From the NCBI GenBank assembly GCA_037380845.1, contig JARRRI010000012.1:10454-47972 (forward strand): a stretch of DNA of 37,519 bases, in the 5' to 3' direction. The position numbers and the translations under genes are program-made. This DNA is from Candidatus Sulfobium sp. GTDB taxonomy: Bacteria; Nitrospirota; Thermodesulfovibrionia; Thermodesulfovibrionales; UBA6898. The notes beneath the pieces were generated by a model. The model was not told the origin of the DNA and ran no database searches. It was given only the letters and a program-made list of their open reading frames with translations. Below are positions 28,995-37,519 of the stretch, in pieces; position 1 is the first letter of the stretch, and each line of letters starts with the position of its first letter.

Positions 28995-30095
28995 TCACGT
29001 TCCTCCGGGGACGCCGGCTTCTTCCCCCAGCACGTCTTCAATGTACAACATCTTTATGACAACGACGACTGCCGCCGTCAGTGGAGTGGCGAGGATGAGC
29101 CCGAGGAGACCGGCATAGATGCCCCGCAGTATCTGGGCGATGATAATTACCACCGGGGGCAGGAGCACCTGGTGCTGCTGTATCATGGGGCTTACAAAAT
29201 AAGCTTCAAAGGTATGGATGAGGAGATAAAGTCCTACGACGTATAAAACCTTTATGGGATGGTCCAGCAAGGCAAGTAATACTGCGGGGACGGCCGACAT
29301 TATGGCGCCAAGGTAGGGGATAAAGGTCAGGAGGGCTGCGAACAGTCCGAGTGTCAGCGCGAGCGGTATCCCGATAAGCCTCAGTCCGATTCCGGTAAGA
29401 AGTCCCACCAGCGCCATTCCCAGAAGCCTTCCCACGAGCCACCTGTGAAGCGTTACTGCTATGGCGCTGAAGACTTGCGAGGTGCGCTCGCGCTTTGCCG
29501 GCGGCATGAGCCGAAGGAACCCCCTCACATAAATGGCGGGATCAAAGGACAGATAGAGGCTGACGAAAAAATAGATGAAGGCGTCGACGACAACCCCGAA
29601 GGTAACGGAGAAAATTCCTCCCACCTCGGAGAGGAGCGTCCCCCCTCCGAGCATGTCGCCAAGGCTCGGCATCTGCCGGAGTATCTCCTTGCCGAGAGGG
29701 TTTTGCAGGATTTGGTCACGGATGTGTGTCAGTGCGTTGGGAAGCTTCTGGCCAAGTTCACCGGCCTGTGACGCCACGTGGGGGGCCAGCAGCATGAATG
29801 CGGCATACAAAATTCCACCGAATGCCAGGATGACCGCGAAGACCGAGAGAAAGAAAGGGAGCCTCAGGGCCCGGCTGAGCGGTGCGCTCAGACCCCTGAC
29901 GAAAATGGCGAAGAGCACGGCCCCGAAGGCAAGCAGGAAAATGCCCGCCTCCGCCCACAGGAGAAGGATAACAACGGCGGTGCCTGCTGCGATCAGTACT
30001 GCAATGAGCATTTTGCCGGCAAATGACCGGTAATCACCGGGCCGCCCGGCGTTTCCCTGCGGGTCGCTGTTCTTTCCAGGCCGTTTGTCAGTCAT
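28995..30095 (-). CDS. AI-2E (PerM/YhhT) family transporter
   Basis: Multi-TM protein with LLTFIPYLGAIMSAVP, EAYFVSPMIQ, GLLGLILATPL. Confidence 0.9.
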   Translation of the reverse strand: MTDKRPGKNSDPQGNAGRPGDYRSFAGKMLIAVLIAAGTAVVILLLWAEAGIFLLAFGAVLFAIFVRGLSAPLSRALRLPFFLSVFAVILAFGGILYAAFMLLAPHVASQAGELGQKLPNALTHIRDQILQNPLGKEILRQMPSLGDMLGGGTLLSEVGGIFSVTFGVVVDAFIYFFVSLYLSFDPAIYVRGFLRLMPPAKRERTSQVFSAIAVTLHRWLVGRLLGMALVGLLTGIGLRLIGIPLALTLGLFAALLTFIPYLGAIMSAVPAVLLALLDHPIKVLYVVGLYLLIHTFEAYFVSPMIQQHQVLLPPVVIIIAQILRGIYAGLLGLILATPLTAAVVVVIKMLYIEDVLGEEAGVPGGT

Positions 30096-30230
30096 ACGAT
30101 CTCTTACTTCATTCTATCCGATCTGACCGAAAGCTGAAGTATAAATTTTCGAGAGTCCTGACAGACCGGTCTCCGCGAAACTTTCTGTAATGATGTGAAA
30201 GGTTTGATCTCGCCTGCCGTGAGGCCCTGT

Positions 30231-31409
30231 CTATAGGCAAACCAGGTCGTCCGGAAATGGCGTAAGCTTCTCGCAAGCCGAATCGCTGACGGCATAGGTA
30301 TTCTCTATGCCCACGGCCCCCAGGCCGGGAAAGACGAACTTCGGCTCAACAGCTATGGTGTGACCGGCCCTGAGGGGAAGCCTGAACCTGGGGGCCAGCA
30401 CCGGCAATTCATCCAGTTCCAGGCCCACGCCATGGCCTACAAACTTCGCCTGTTCTCCGGGATATCCCATAAAGTAATCCCCGAGGCCGGCGGCCTGGGC
30501 CATGCGCGCGGCGCCCAGGAAGAGTTCTTCCCATATTTTTCCGGCTCTCAGGTTCCCGGCCAGCCACGCTTGTATATCGACGGCTGCGTCGAAGGCTTTT
30601 CTCACATGCGGCGCGGGGCTGCCGATGACGAAGATACGGGTCATGTCAACCATATATCCGTTAACGGCTACTCCATAATCGACCACGACCGGGACGTTCT
30701 CCCGGATGACGGATGCGGATGGTCCGAAGGGGGCGGCGGCAGAGAGTCCCCTGCCGGCGATCGGCCCGTCGAAGCACCCCGGGGTCGCCGCGCTTTCTCC
30801 GGCCGCAGCCAGCCCGGTAGTCTCCTGGTTGAAGGCCCTCATGCGGAGATATCCTTCATGCCCCGACTTCCGCAAACGGAACTCAAATTCGGCAGCCAGG
30901 TCCAACTCGCGCATCCCTGGTTTGAGGAATCCCGGGACCTGGCTGAACACTTCGCAGAGCTTCCCGGCGCTGACCCTCATCAGGTGGAGTTCGAATGCCG
31001 ACTTCACGGAACGAAGTTCCCTGTTGATCGCCGAGATATCAATGAATTCCCTTCCGGGCAGAACCCCCTTGTAGAAGCGGTATGACTGGACGGGCATGAC
31101 GTCGAAGGTGAGACCGATTCTCCGGGCTTTTGGGTTCAGCAGACCGGAAAATCCGCTGCTGGGAGGGAAAGGCCTGACTTCCGTGACGGCGCTCTCACTG
31201 AGGGCCCGGGTGTAGCTCTTCCTTACCAGATGCAGCGGACTTCCCTCCGCCGGAACCCAGAGTACGCCGTTCTGGCGCGATCCCGTGAAATAGTAGAGAT
31301 CGACGGAATACGGCAGGAGGGCGCCGTCTACGTCCTCTTGTCGAAGCCGCGCCTGTAAGCGGCTTATCCTTGCTTTGCTTTCGCTTTTGAGATCATGATT
31401 CTCTTTCAC
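30231..31409 (-). CDS. M24 family Xaa-Pro peptidase (start uncertain)
   Basis: Creatinase_N (DLYYFTG), RSVKSAFE, metal ligands VDYG / YMVDMTR / GHGVGLELDE / VEPK / GIENT. Confidence 0.88.
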   Translation of the reverse strand: MKENHDLKSESKARISRLQARLRQEDVDGALLPYSVDLYYFTGSRQNGVLWVPAEGSPLHLVRKSYTRALSESAVTEVRPFPPSSGFSGLLNPKARRIGLTFDVMPVQSYRFYKGVLPGREFIDISAINRELRSVKSAFELHLMRVSAGKLCEVFSQVPGFLKPGMRELDLAAEFEFRLRKSGHEGYLRMRAFNQETTGLAAAGESAATPGCFDGPIAGRGLSAAAPFGPSASVIRENVPVVVDYGVAVNGYMVDMTRIFVIGSPAPHVRKAFDAAVDIQAWLAGNLRAGKIWEELFLGAARMAQAAGLGDYFMGYPGEQAKFVGHGVGLELDELPVLAPRFRLPLRAGHTIAVEPKFVFPGLGAVGIENTYAVSDSACEKLTPFPDDLVCL

Positions 31410-31553
31410 TTTTGGCACTGTGTGTAGCATTCCTTCCGCAAGAATATATAATAACACGCCCTGTAAACTTCATAGCTGCGGTAAACTATATATTGTTCAC
31501 ACAGGTCGCTTTGCGAGAGACGATCCTGAAACGACTGCGAAAGAGGGGGAGAC

Positions 31554-32321
31554 ATGACGCTACCGGACAGGCAGGGACGACATCCGTCCCTCGAAAGCCT
31601 CATCGAGGCCGAAGACATAGGCGTCGATGTACTCCACCCCGGCGGACTGGAAATCACAGGGGAGCTGGCGGAACGCTGTAGTATCGGCAAAGGCGTGAAA
31701 GTTCTTGATGTGGCCTCGGGTACAGGGGAGAGCGCCTGCTTCCTTGCGGAGACTTACGGCTGTTATGTCACGGGTCTGGATTTCTCCGACCGCATGGTTG
31801 AGACGGCAAGAAGAAAGGCACTGGAAAGGGGTCTGAGGGTGGAGTTCAGAAAAGGGGATGCCCATCACCTTCCTTTTAACGACAATACCTTCGATGCCGT
31901 GATCTCTGAATGTACGATATGTCTGCTGGAAAAGGAGAGGGCGATCAGTGAAATGGTGAGAGTCGTCAGGAGAGGAGGGCGAGTGGGTATGCACGATGTC
32001 TGCTGGAAACATGGTGCACCGGGTGATTTGAGACGCCGGCTGGCGGAGATCGAAAACGAGAGACCGGAGACGCTGGCGGGTTGGAAGGACCTTTTTGAGC
32101 GGGCGGGGCTTATCGATGTAGCCGGGGAGGACAGATCGTTTGTCATTCCTGAATGGACGCGTCAGATGAAGAAACAACTGGGGCTATCGGGTCAGTTCAG
32201 GGTCTTTCTTAAGGTTGTACGCAGATGGGGAACAGCCGGTCTCAGGGCGGTGCGGGAGTCGGAGAAAATCTTCGAAAGCGGTCATCTCGGCTATGGACTT
32301 GTCGTGGGGAAAAAGTCCTGA
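31554..32321 (+). CDS. Class I SAM-dependent methyltransferase
   Basis: LHPGG, VLDVASGTG, GLDFS, GDAHHLPFNDNTFDAVISEC, RVVRRGG. SD gaggggga. Confidence 0.9.
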   Translation: MTLPDRQGRHPSLESLIEAEDIGVDVLHPGGLEITGELAERCSIGKGVKVLDVASGTGESACFLAETYGCYVTGLDFSDRMVETARRKALERGLRVEFRKGDAHHLPFNDNTFDAVISECTICLLEKERAISEMVRVVRRGGRVGMHDVCWKHGAPGDLRRRLAEIENERPETLAGWKDLFERAGLIDVAGEDRSFVIPEWTRQMKKQLGLSGQFRVFLKVVRRWGTAGLRAVRESEKIFESGHLGYGLVVGKKS

Positions 32322-32686
32322 AGCCCTGACTCAAAAGAGGCGGGTTAATCGCACGCTGTGCCTGATCTGCCGCCTTCATCCCTCCTCCGTGAAACGGCAT
32401 TGATTCCGACGTGACAGGATTCACCGTGTCTCAATGGAAAAGCAGACCTGTATTGCCGGTTCTGACTGTTGACCGCAGTTATGCGGGTGTGAGATCTCGA
32501 AGAATGATTATATTACTTGAGGATTTAACGGGAATACGACTTCATTGTGACAAAAATATATGAGGGAGAGGGGCGTCACGACAACTGAAAAGCAGCATTA
32601 AAGAGCTATGTCTGCCTGCTCACGCTGCTTGATTATTTGCGGCATGATACAGTAGAGTAATTATCGAAGTTTCTGTTGAGGGGGAT

Positions 32687-34737
32687 ATGGAAGAGGGACT
32701 GCGCGCAGAGGCAGACAAGAACGCCTCTGAAAAGGTTGCGAGAAGGGCCCCGGTTAGCAAGGCACGCATCGTCAATGCGGTAAACTATCTCCATTCCCAA
32801 AACAGGCCTGTAAACCTCGTTTTCAGACATCTTCACTACAATACCTTCGAGACCATTGAGGCGTTTCCGTCTCCCTGTCACGAGGACTACCTGCATCTTT
32901 CCTGGAAAAATCACGGCAGGCTGAAGGACAGAATCGATTCGTTCGAACTCTATCAGGTCTTGGTGGAAGGGAACCGACGCATCTTCACTTTGAAGCCCCG
33001 GGTTGTGACCATTGATGACAAGACGATAAGTCTTGATATCAGCGGCATCGTCGGTACCGACATCACGCAGAGAAGGGCGCAGCGGTGGTCCTGCCGCGGA
33101 ATCGATGTCGAGATGGTACAGAACGGGCTCTCTTTTAAGGGCACTCTTAATGACTGCAGTGGCATCTGTTTTTCGGCCGTCATGTCGTGGGAAAGCCTGC
33201 CTTCTTTTGCATACGTTAATCCGGAAAGCAGCGTCGTTGTCCTTCTAAAGAAACAGGAAGAACTCCTCTACTCGGGTGAATGCCGCATCATGCGCGAGGA
33301 CGGCGGCTCCGGGAGGAAAACCTTTGTGTTTGAGCCGGCCTCACATTCTCTCAGCAGGTTCAAACGCAAAATACACAGGAGCCAGCGCTTACGGCTCCTT
33401 CCCTCCCCCAATATTATCTTCACACACCCGCTGACGGGCCGGACCGTGTCCCGGAGGATAGACGAGTTGTCCGGTTCCGGGTTCTCTGTCATCGAACGGT
33501 ATGAATCCTGTACACTCATTCCCGGCATGATCCTGCCGAGGCTGGACATTGAGTTTGCCTATGGGGCCACGGTTAGTTGCAGGGCCCAGGTGGTGACCCG
33601 TACCGCCTTCCAGGAAATGTCCGCCTCACCTGATTCGGCAATATTGGTGCGTTCGGGTGTTGCAATACTGGATATGGACCCTTCAGGCCAGACCCTCATT
33701 GCGAGCGTGCTGCAGCAGGCTGCGGACAGGAATTCCTATGTTTGCAACCGGGTGGACGTCGATGAGCTTCTTTATTTTTTTAGGCGGGCTTCATTTACCC
33801 CAAAAAATATCTCTCACTGTATCCTAATATAGAGAGGTTCAGGGAGACTTACGAGAAATTATATATGGAGTCCCCCGAGATAGCGCGCCACTTTATTTAC
33901 CAGGACAATGGCAGTATTCAGGGGTATATTTCAATGCTGCGCTTTTTTGAGAAGACATGGCTTTTTCACCACCACGCATCGGTAGGCAATGCGAGAGCCG
34001 GCCTCGTTGTTCTTGACCAGATAGGGAGTTTTGTCAACGATGTCTTTAATATGGATTCATCCCGGATGCAATACGTCCTCTGTTATTTCAGGCCTGAAAA
34101 CCGTTTTCCAAACCGCGTTTTCGGAGACTACGCAAGGCATCTCTCAAATTCCAGGCTCTGCTCCATTGATGACTTCGCTCATGTTCTTCTCAGAAAAAAT
34201 CGTCCGGTTTCGCCCCTGCCCTCCTCCTTCACACTGGAGCCTTCCACCATGTCTGACCTCTGTGAACTGGACGATTATTATTCTTCAACCTCGGGAGGCC
34301 TCATGACTGAAGCCTTTGAACTCCGTCCCGGGTCAGCGTTGGAGACTTCGATAAAGGAGATATATGCAAAAAAGGGAATGAAGAGAGACCGCATTCTCTT
34401 TTCACTCAGGAAAAAGGGGGAACTGAAGGCTTTTTTCATAGTGAACGTGTCGGACGTAGGTCTCAACCTGTCGAACCTTACCAACTGTGTTACCGCCTTT
34501 GTTCTTGACTGCGACAGTCTTTCTCCCGATCATTTCCTGTCGGCATGCAGCGATGTCGCCCGTACCTATACCGAAGACGAGATAGCGTTCCTTGTGAGTC
34601 CGACAACCTATTCCGAAAAAAACGGCTTGCACCATGACAAGGTTTACCGGCTCTGGGCGATTGATATTCGGTACTCGGACCAGTACTTCGAGTTCATTTC
34701 AGGCCTTACGAGAAGAGGAAAGGTTACCGATGACTGA
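32687..34737 (+). pseudogene. Tandem-PilZ plus GNAT-like protein (~683 aa) split by a small indel at 33775-33783
   Basis: PilZ-like motifs RRAQR...DCSGIC and RKIHRSQR...ELSGSG. After the T7 run another frame reads AGFIYPKKYLSLYPNIERFRETYEKLYMESPEIARHF, continuous with ORF 33865-34737. The GNAT-like fold is inferred from the strand/helix pattern only. Confidence 0.65.
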
Positions 34738-36700
34738 AAGAGCGCTTTACAACAGCTTTATCATCGACAGTTACGTAAAATACCTGAGGAGCAAATATCC
34801 CGACATTGAGATTGCAGAGATCCTTTCAGATTGCGGGATAATGCCTTACCAGGTTGCGGACCATGGGCACTGGTTCACGCAGGAAGAGGTGGACAGATTC
34901 TATGAAGAAGTCCTGAAAAGGACCGGCAACAAGAATATTGCGAGAGAAGCCGGAAGGTTTGCAGCTTCGGCGGAGTCTCTCGGTTTTATCAGGCAGTATA
35001 TCCTCGGACTCGTCGGTCCCGGACGGGCATACGAAATGATAGGTAAATTTTCCACTTACTTCACGAAATCCTCCCGCTACGATTCAAGGAGAATAGGAAA
35101 GCATAAAGTCGAAATAACAGTCACTCCATACAAGGGAGTGAATGAAAAGCCTTTCCAGTGCGAAAACAGAATAGGCCACCTCGAGGCCATAGCGAATGCG
35201 TTCAACTATCGCCTTCCGCTCATCGAACATCCCGAATGCATGTTCAGAAACGGTGCTTCATGTAAATATGTCGTCACGTGGCAAGAATCCCACTCGGCCC
35301 TGTGGAGGGACGTCAGGACCTATTTCACTGTATTTCTCTCTGTTCTCTTCGGTGTCGTCTTCTTCAGCGGCCACAGGGACGTTGCTTTACCGATGCTGCT
35401 TCCTCTCTCCATACTCGCGCTGTTCGTTCTTACTATCTATGTAATGCACCTTGAAAAAACCGAAGTGAACTCAGCATTGCAGAACCTCCAGGAATCATCC
35501 GACAAGCTCCTTGAAGAGGTCAACTCGAGGCATAACGACAGCCGTCTCATTCTGGAACTCGGTCTTGCAATCAACAGGAAAAGCGATCTTGAGGGTATCT
35601 TTCGTGAAGTGATCCAGGCGTTCCAGAACCGCCTTGATTACGACAGGGGTCTCATCCTTCTTCCTAACCATGACAGAAGTCTGCTTATTTTCCACGCGGG
35701 GTTTGGGTACAGCTCCGAGCAGTATGCCTTTTTGAAGAAGTCCCGGTTCCATCTCCAGAGGGCAGCTTCAAAAGGGGCCTTCGTCGTCTGCTTCAAAGAG
35801 CAGAAACCCCTCCTTATAGATGATGTGGAGTCGATTAAAGACAACTTGTCCCGGTACAGCATCGAGTTCGCAAGGAAAATGGGTGCAAAGTCCTTTATCT
35901 GCTGTCCCATCGTCTACGAAAAACAGTCCCTGGGTATCATCGTTGTGGACAACATCCGTTCCAAAAGGCCGCTGCTCCAGAGCGACCTCAACCTTCTGAT
36001 GAGCATAATACCCGAAATAGCCGTCAGCATGCACACTATCATGCTCTTTGAGAACAAGGAGCGGCAGTTCAGGTCGATCATCCAGACGCTTGCGGCGACC
36101 ATCGACGCCAGGGATTTTCTGACTGCCGGCCACTCCGAACGGGTTACTGAATATGCTGTGGGGATTTGTCAGGAACTCGGCATGCCCAGGGAATTTACGG
36201 AGATGATCCGCGTCGCGGCCCTGCTTCATGATTACGGCAAGATCGCCATAAGTGATGCGATCCTCAAGAAGCAGGGACCGTTAGATGAAATCGAGTTTGA
36301 GGAGATAAAAACCCACGCTGTCAAGACACAGCAAATACTGGAAAAGATCAATTTCGAAGGAATATACAAGCAGATTCCGAATATTGTGGGCAGCCACCAC
36401 GAAAAGTGGGACGGGACCGGCTATCCGCTGGCCCTCAGGGAAGAAGCCATACCCTTGGGCTCAAGGATTATAGCTGTTGCCGACTACTTTGAGGCCATAA
36501 CGTCCAAACGTCATTACAGGGACGCCATGTCCCTCGAAGATGCGCTGAAACTTATCAACGAGATAAGGGGAACACATCTGGATCCCGAGGTGACCGATGC
36601 CTTTATCAGATATTGCGGCAAGAATTTCAGCAGCCTCCTGAGTCGTGACACAAAAGCTTTTCTTCCTTCAGGGTTTTCTGATCCCTCTGCACGCCACTAA
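34730..36700 (+). CDS. Membrane-anchored HD-GYP cyclic-dinucleotide phosphodiesterase with N-terminal H-NOX/V4R-like domain and GAF domain
   Basis: ATG 34730 overlaps the upstream stop. CENRIG...EHPECMFRNGASCKY (V4R-like Cys pattern), two TM helices, GAF (YDRGLILL...ICCPIVYEKQSLGIIVVDN), ARD..TAGHSERV, LLHDYGK, HHEKWDGTGYP. Confidence 0.88.
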   Translation: MTERALYNSFIIDSYVKYLRSKYPDIEIAEILSDCGIMPYQVADHGHWFTQEEVDRFYEEVLKRTGNKNIAREAGRFAASAESLGFIRQYILGLVGPGRAYEMIGKFSTYFTKSSRYDSRRIGKHKVEITVTPYKGVNEKPFQCENRIGHLEAIANAFNYRLPLIEHPECMFRNGASCKYVVTWQESHSALWRDVRTYFTVFLSVLFGVVFFSGHRDVALPMLLPLSILALFVLTIYVMHLEKTEVNSALQNLQESSDKLLEEVNSRHNDSRLILELGLAINRKSDLEGIFREVIQAFQNRLDYDRGLILLPNHDRSLLIFHAGFGYSSEQYAFLKKSRFHLQRAASKGAFVVCFKEQKPLLIDDVESIKDNLSRYSIEFARKMGAKSFICCPIVYEKQSLGIIVVDNIRSKRPLLQSDLNLLMSIIPEIAVSMHTIMLFENKERQFRSIIQTLAATIDARDFLTAGHSERVTEYAVGICQELGMPREFTEMIRVAALLHDYGKIAISDAILKKQGPLDEIEFEEIKTHAVKTQQILEKINFEGIYKQIPNIVGSHHEKWDGTGYPLALREEAIPLGSRIIAVADYFEAITSKRHYRDAMSLEDALKLINEIRGTHLDPEVTDAFIRYCGKNFSSLLSRDTKAFLPSGFSDPSARH

Positions 36701-37519
36701 AGGTGAATAAATGAACCTCCTGGGATCGTTCAGAAATTTCTCGAACTCTTCGTGAAACTTCTGATAGCCTCCGGGTCCGGAAAATTCCAGATAACCCTTC
36801 CGGGCCACCGTTTCAACTTTGGTGAGCCAGTTCAGGCTGTTTCCTTCGTCAAGCGCGCCATAGGTGACATGATGAGAGGAAACCTCTACCCGAATGTCCT
36901 CGTATTTCAGATCGAACAGGTAGCTGTAAAGTTTTCTGCCGACAAATGGATCGAAATCGCCATGATCCTGTAAGGATTCCATGACCTTATAAAACACCTT
37001 CTCAAGCAGTGGGGGAGCCCCGTAAAAATTCATGCAATTGCAGTCAAGGTCTATGAGGCAGATTATGCCCCCTTTCTTCAGCAGCCGCGTAAGTTGCCTG
37101 ACTATCTCGAAACTCCCGCGCCTGAAATATTCAAGGAGGAACCTGATCCAGATAAAATCGAACTTCCCCAGATCCCTCAGGTCCTTCCGGACGTCTCTTA
37201 CATAATAGGAAATCGTTGGAGATGAGTATTCTGTTTGCGCCGTCTTTATCCGGGATTCGGAAAAATCGACTCCCACTGTCCGCCCCCCCGGCTGAACCAT
37301 CTCGTTCAGGACGAACGTGGTCTTGCCGATGCCGCAGCCGATATCGGCGACTCTCATCCCCGGGCGGATTCCCGCCCATAGCGCCTGGCTTTTTACAAGA
37401 TCCGGATCGGTCTTCAAGTCGAGTCTGACCGCCTCACGCTCGTTTTCCATGAGATACTCACTGTTGCCCGGAAGGCCCCCGTTCAAAGGCAGATCGACAT
37501 TTTCGCTTTTTCTTTTTTT
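36668..37519 (-). CDS. Class I SAM-dependent methyltransferase (frame open to the window edge, start uncertain)
   Basis: YLMENEREAVRL, VADIGCGIG, GVDFS, FDFIWIRFLLEY, LLKKGG. Its 3' end overlaps the HD-GYP gene by 33 nt. Confidence 0.88.
   Translation of the reverse strand, partial: KKRKSENVDLPLNGGLPGNSEYLMENEREAVRLDLKTDPDLVKSQALWAGIRPGMRVADIGCGIGKTTFVLNEMVQPGGRTVGVDFSESRIKTAQTEYSSPTISYYVRDVRKDLRDLGKFDFIWIRFLLEYFRRGSFEIVRQLTRLLKKGGIICLIDLDCNCMNFYGAPPLLEKVFYKVMESLQDHGDFDPFVGRKLYSYLFDLKYEDIRVEVSSHHVTYGALDEGNSLNWLTKVETVARKGYLEFSGPGGYQKFHEEFEKFLNDPRRFIYSPLVACRGIRKP

Noticed and set aside
31385..31410. Sixth frameshift at the start of the M24 peptidase (ATG 31396 is out of frame by one base)
   Set aside because: One extra A would give MISKSESKARI, but an in-frame GTG at 31409 explains the gene without a lesion. 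Undecidable from sequence alone.
33775..33783. Phase variation at the T7 tract of the PilZ gene
   Set aside because: Adding one T or removing two places TAG in frame, so tract slippage alone cannot restore the protein.
1..37519. CRISPR arrays, tRNA/rRNA genes, IS elements, defence systems
   Set aside because: I saw no regularly spaced repeats, cloverleaf/rRNA signatures, transposase or nuclease motifs by eye. A covariance-model scan was not possible.

Overview
Bacterial chromosomal window, moderately GC-rich. Gene content resembles anaerobic Nitrospirota or delta-proteobacteria (inference only). In order: the end of an Mla lipid-transport operon (mlaF-mlaD-mlaC) with a convergent mlaA; pdhAB; an orphan hisH; then a ~15.5 kb alternative chemosensory operon (DUF4388/GAF protein, CheY, CheA, ExeA-like ATPase, CheW, two very long MCPs, CheW, HEAT-repeat protein, CheR, CheB, coiled-coil/GAF protein, CheY). 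The first MCP combines a periplasmic CxxCH heme-c sensor with a PhnD-like binding domain fused at its cytoplasmic C-terminus. A mixed accessory stretch follows: two-CW protein, DUF3047, DedA, two Slp lipoproteins, hcp with a CRP/FNR-type operator, AI-2E transporter, M24 peptidase and a methyltransferase. The window ends with a lower-GC three-gene module: tandem-PilZ/GNAT-like protein, H-NOX/V4R-like-TM-GAF-HD-GYP protein and a SAM methyltransferase, a candidate undescribed c-di-GMP-coupled signal synthase/receptor system. Five reading-frame lesions are visible (three apparent deletions, one 38-bp inverted template-switch insertion, one small indel). They may be real decay or assembly/amplification artefacts. 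I saw no rRNA, tRNA, CRISPR array or transposase.
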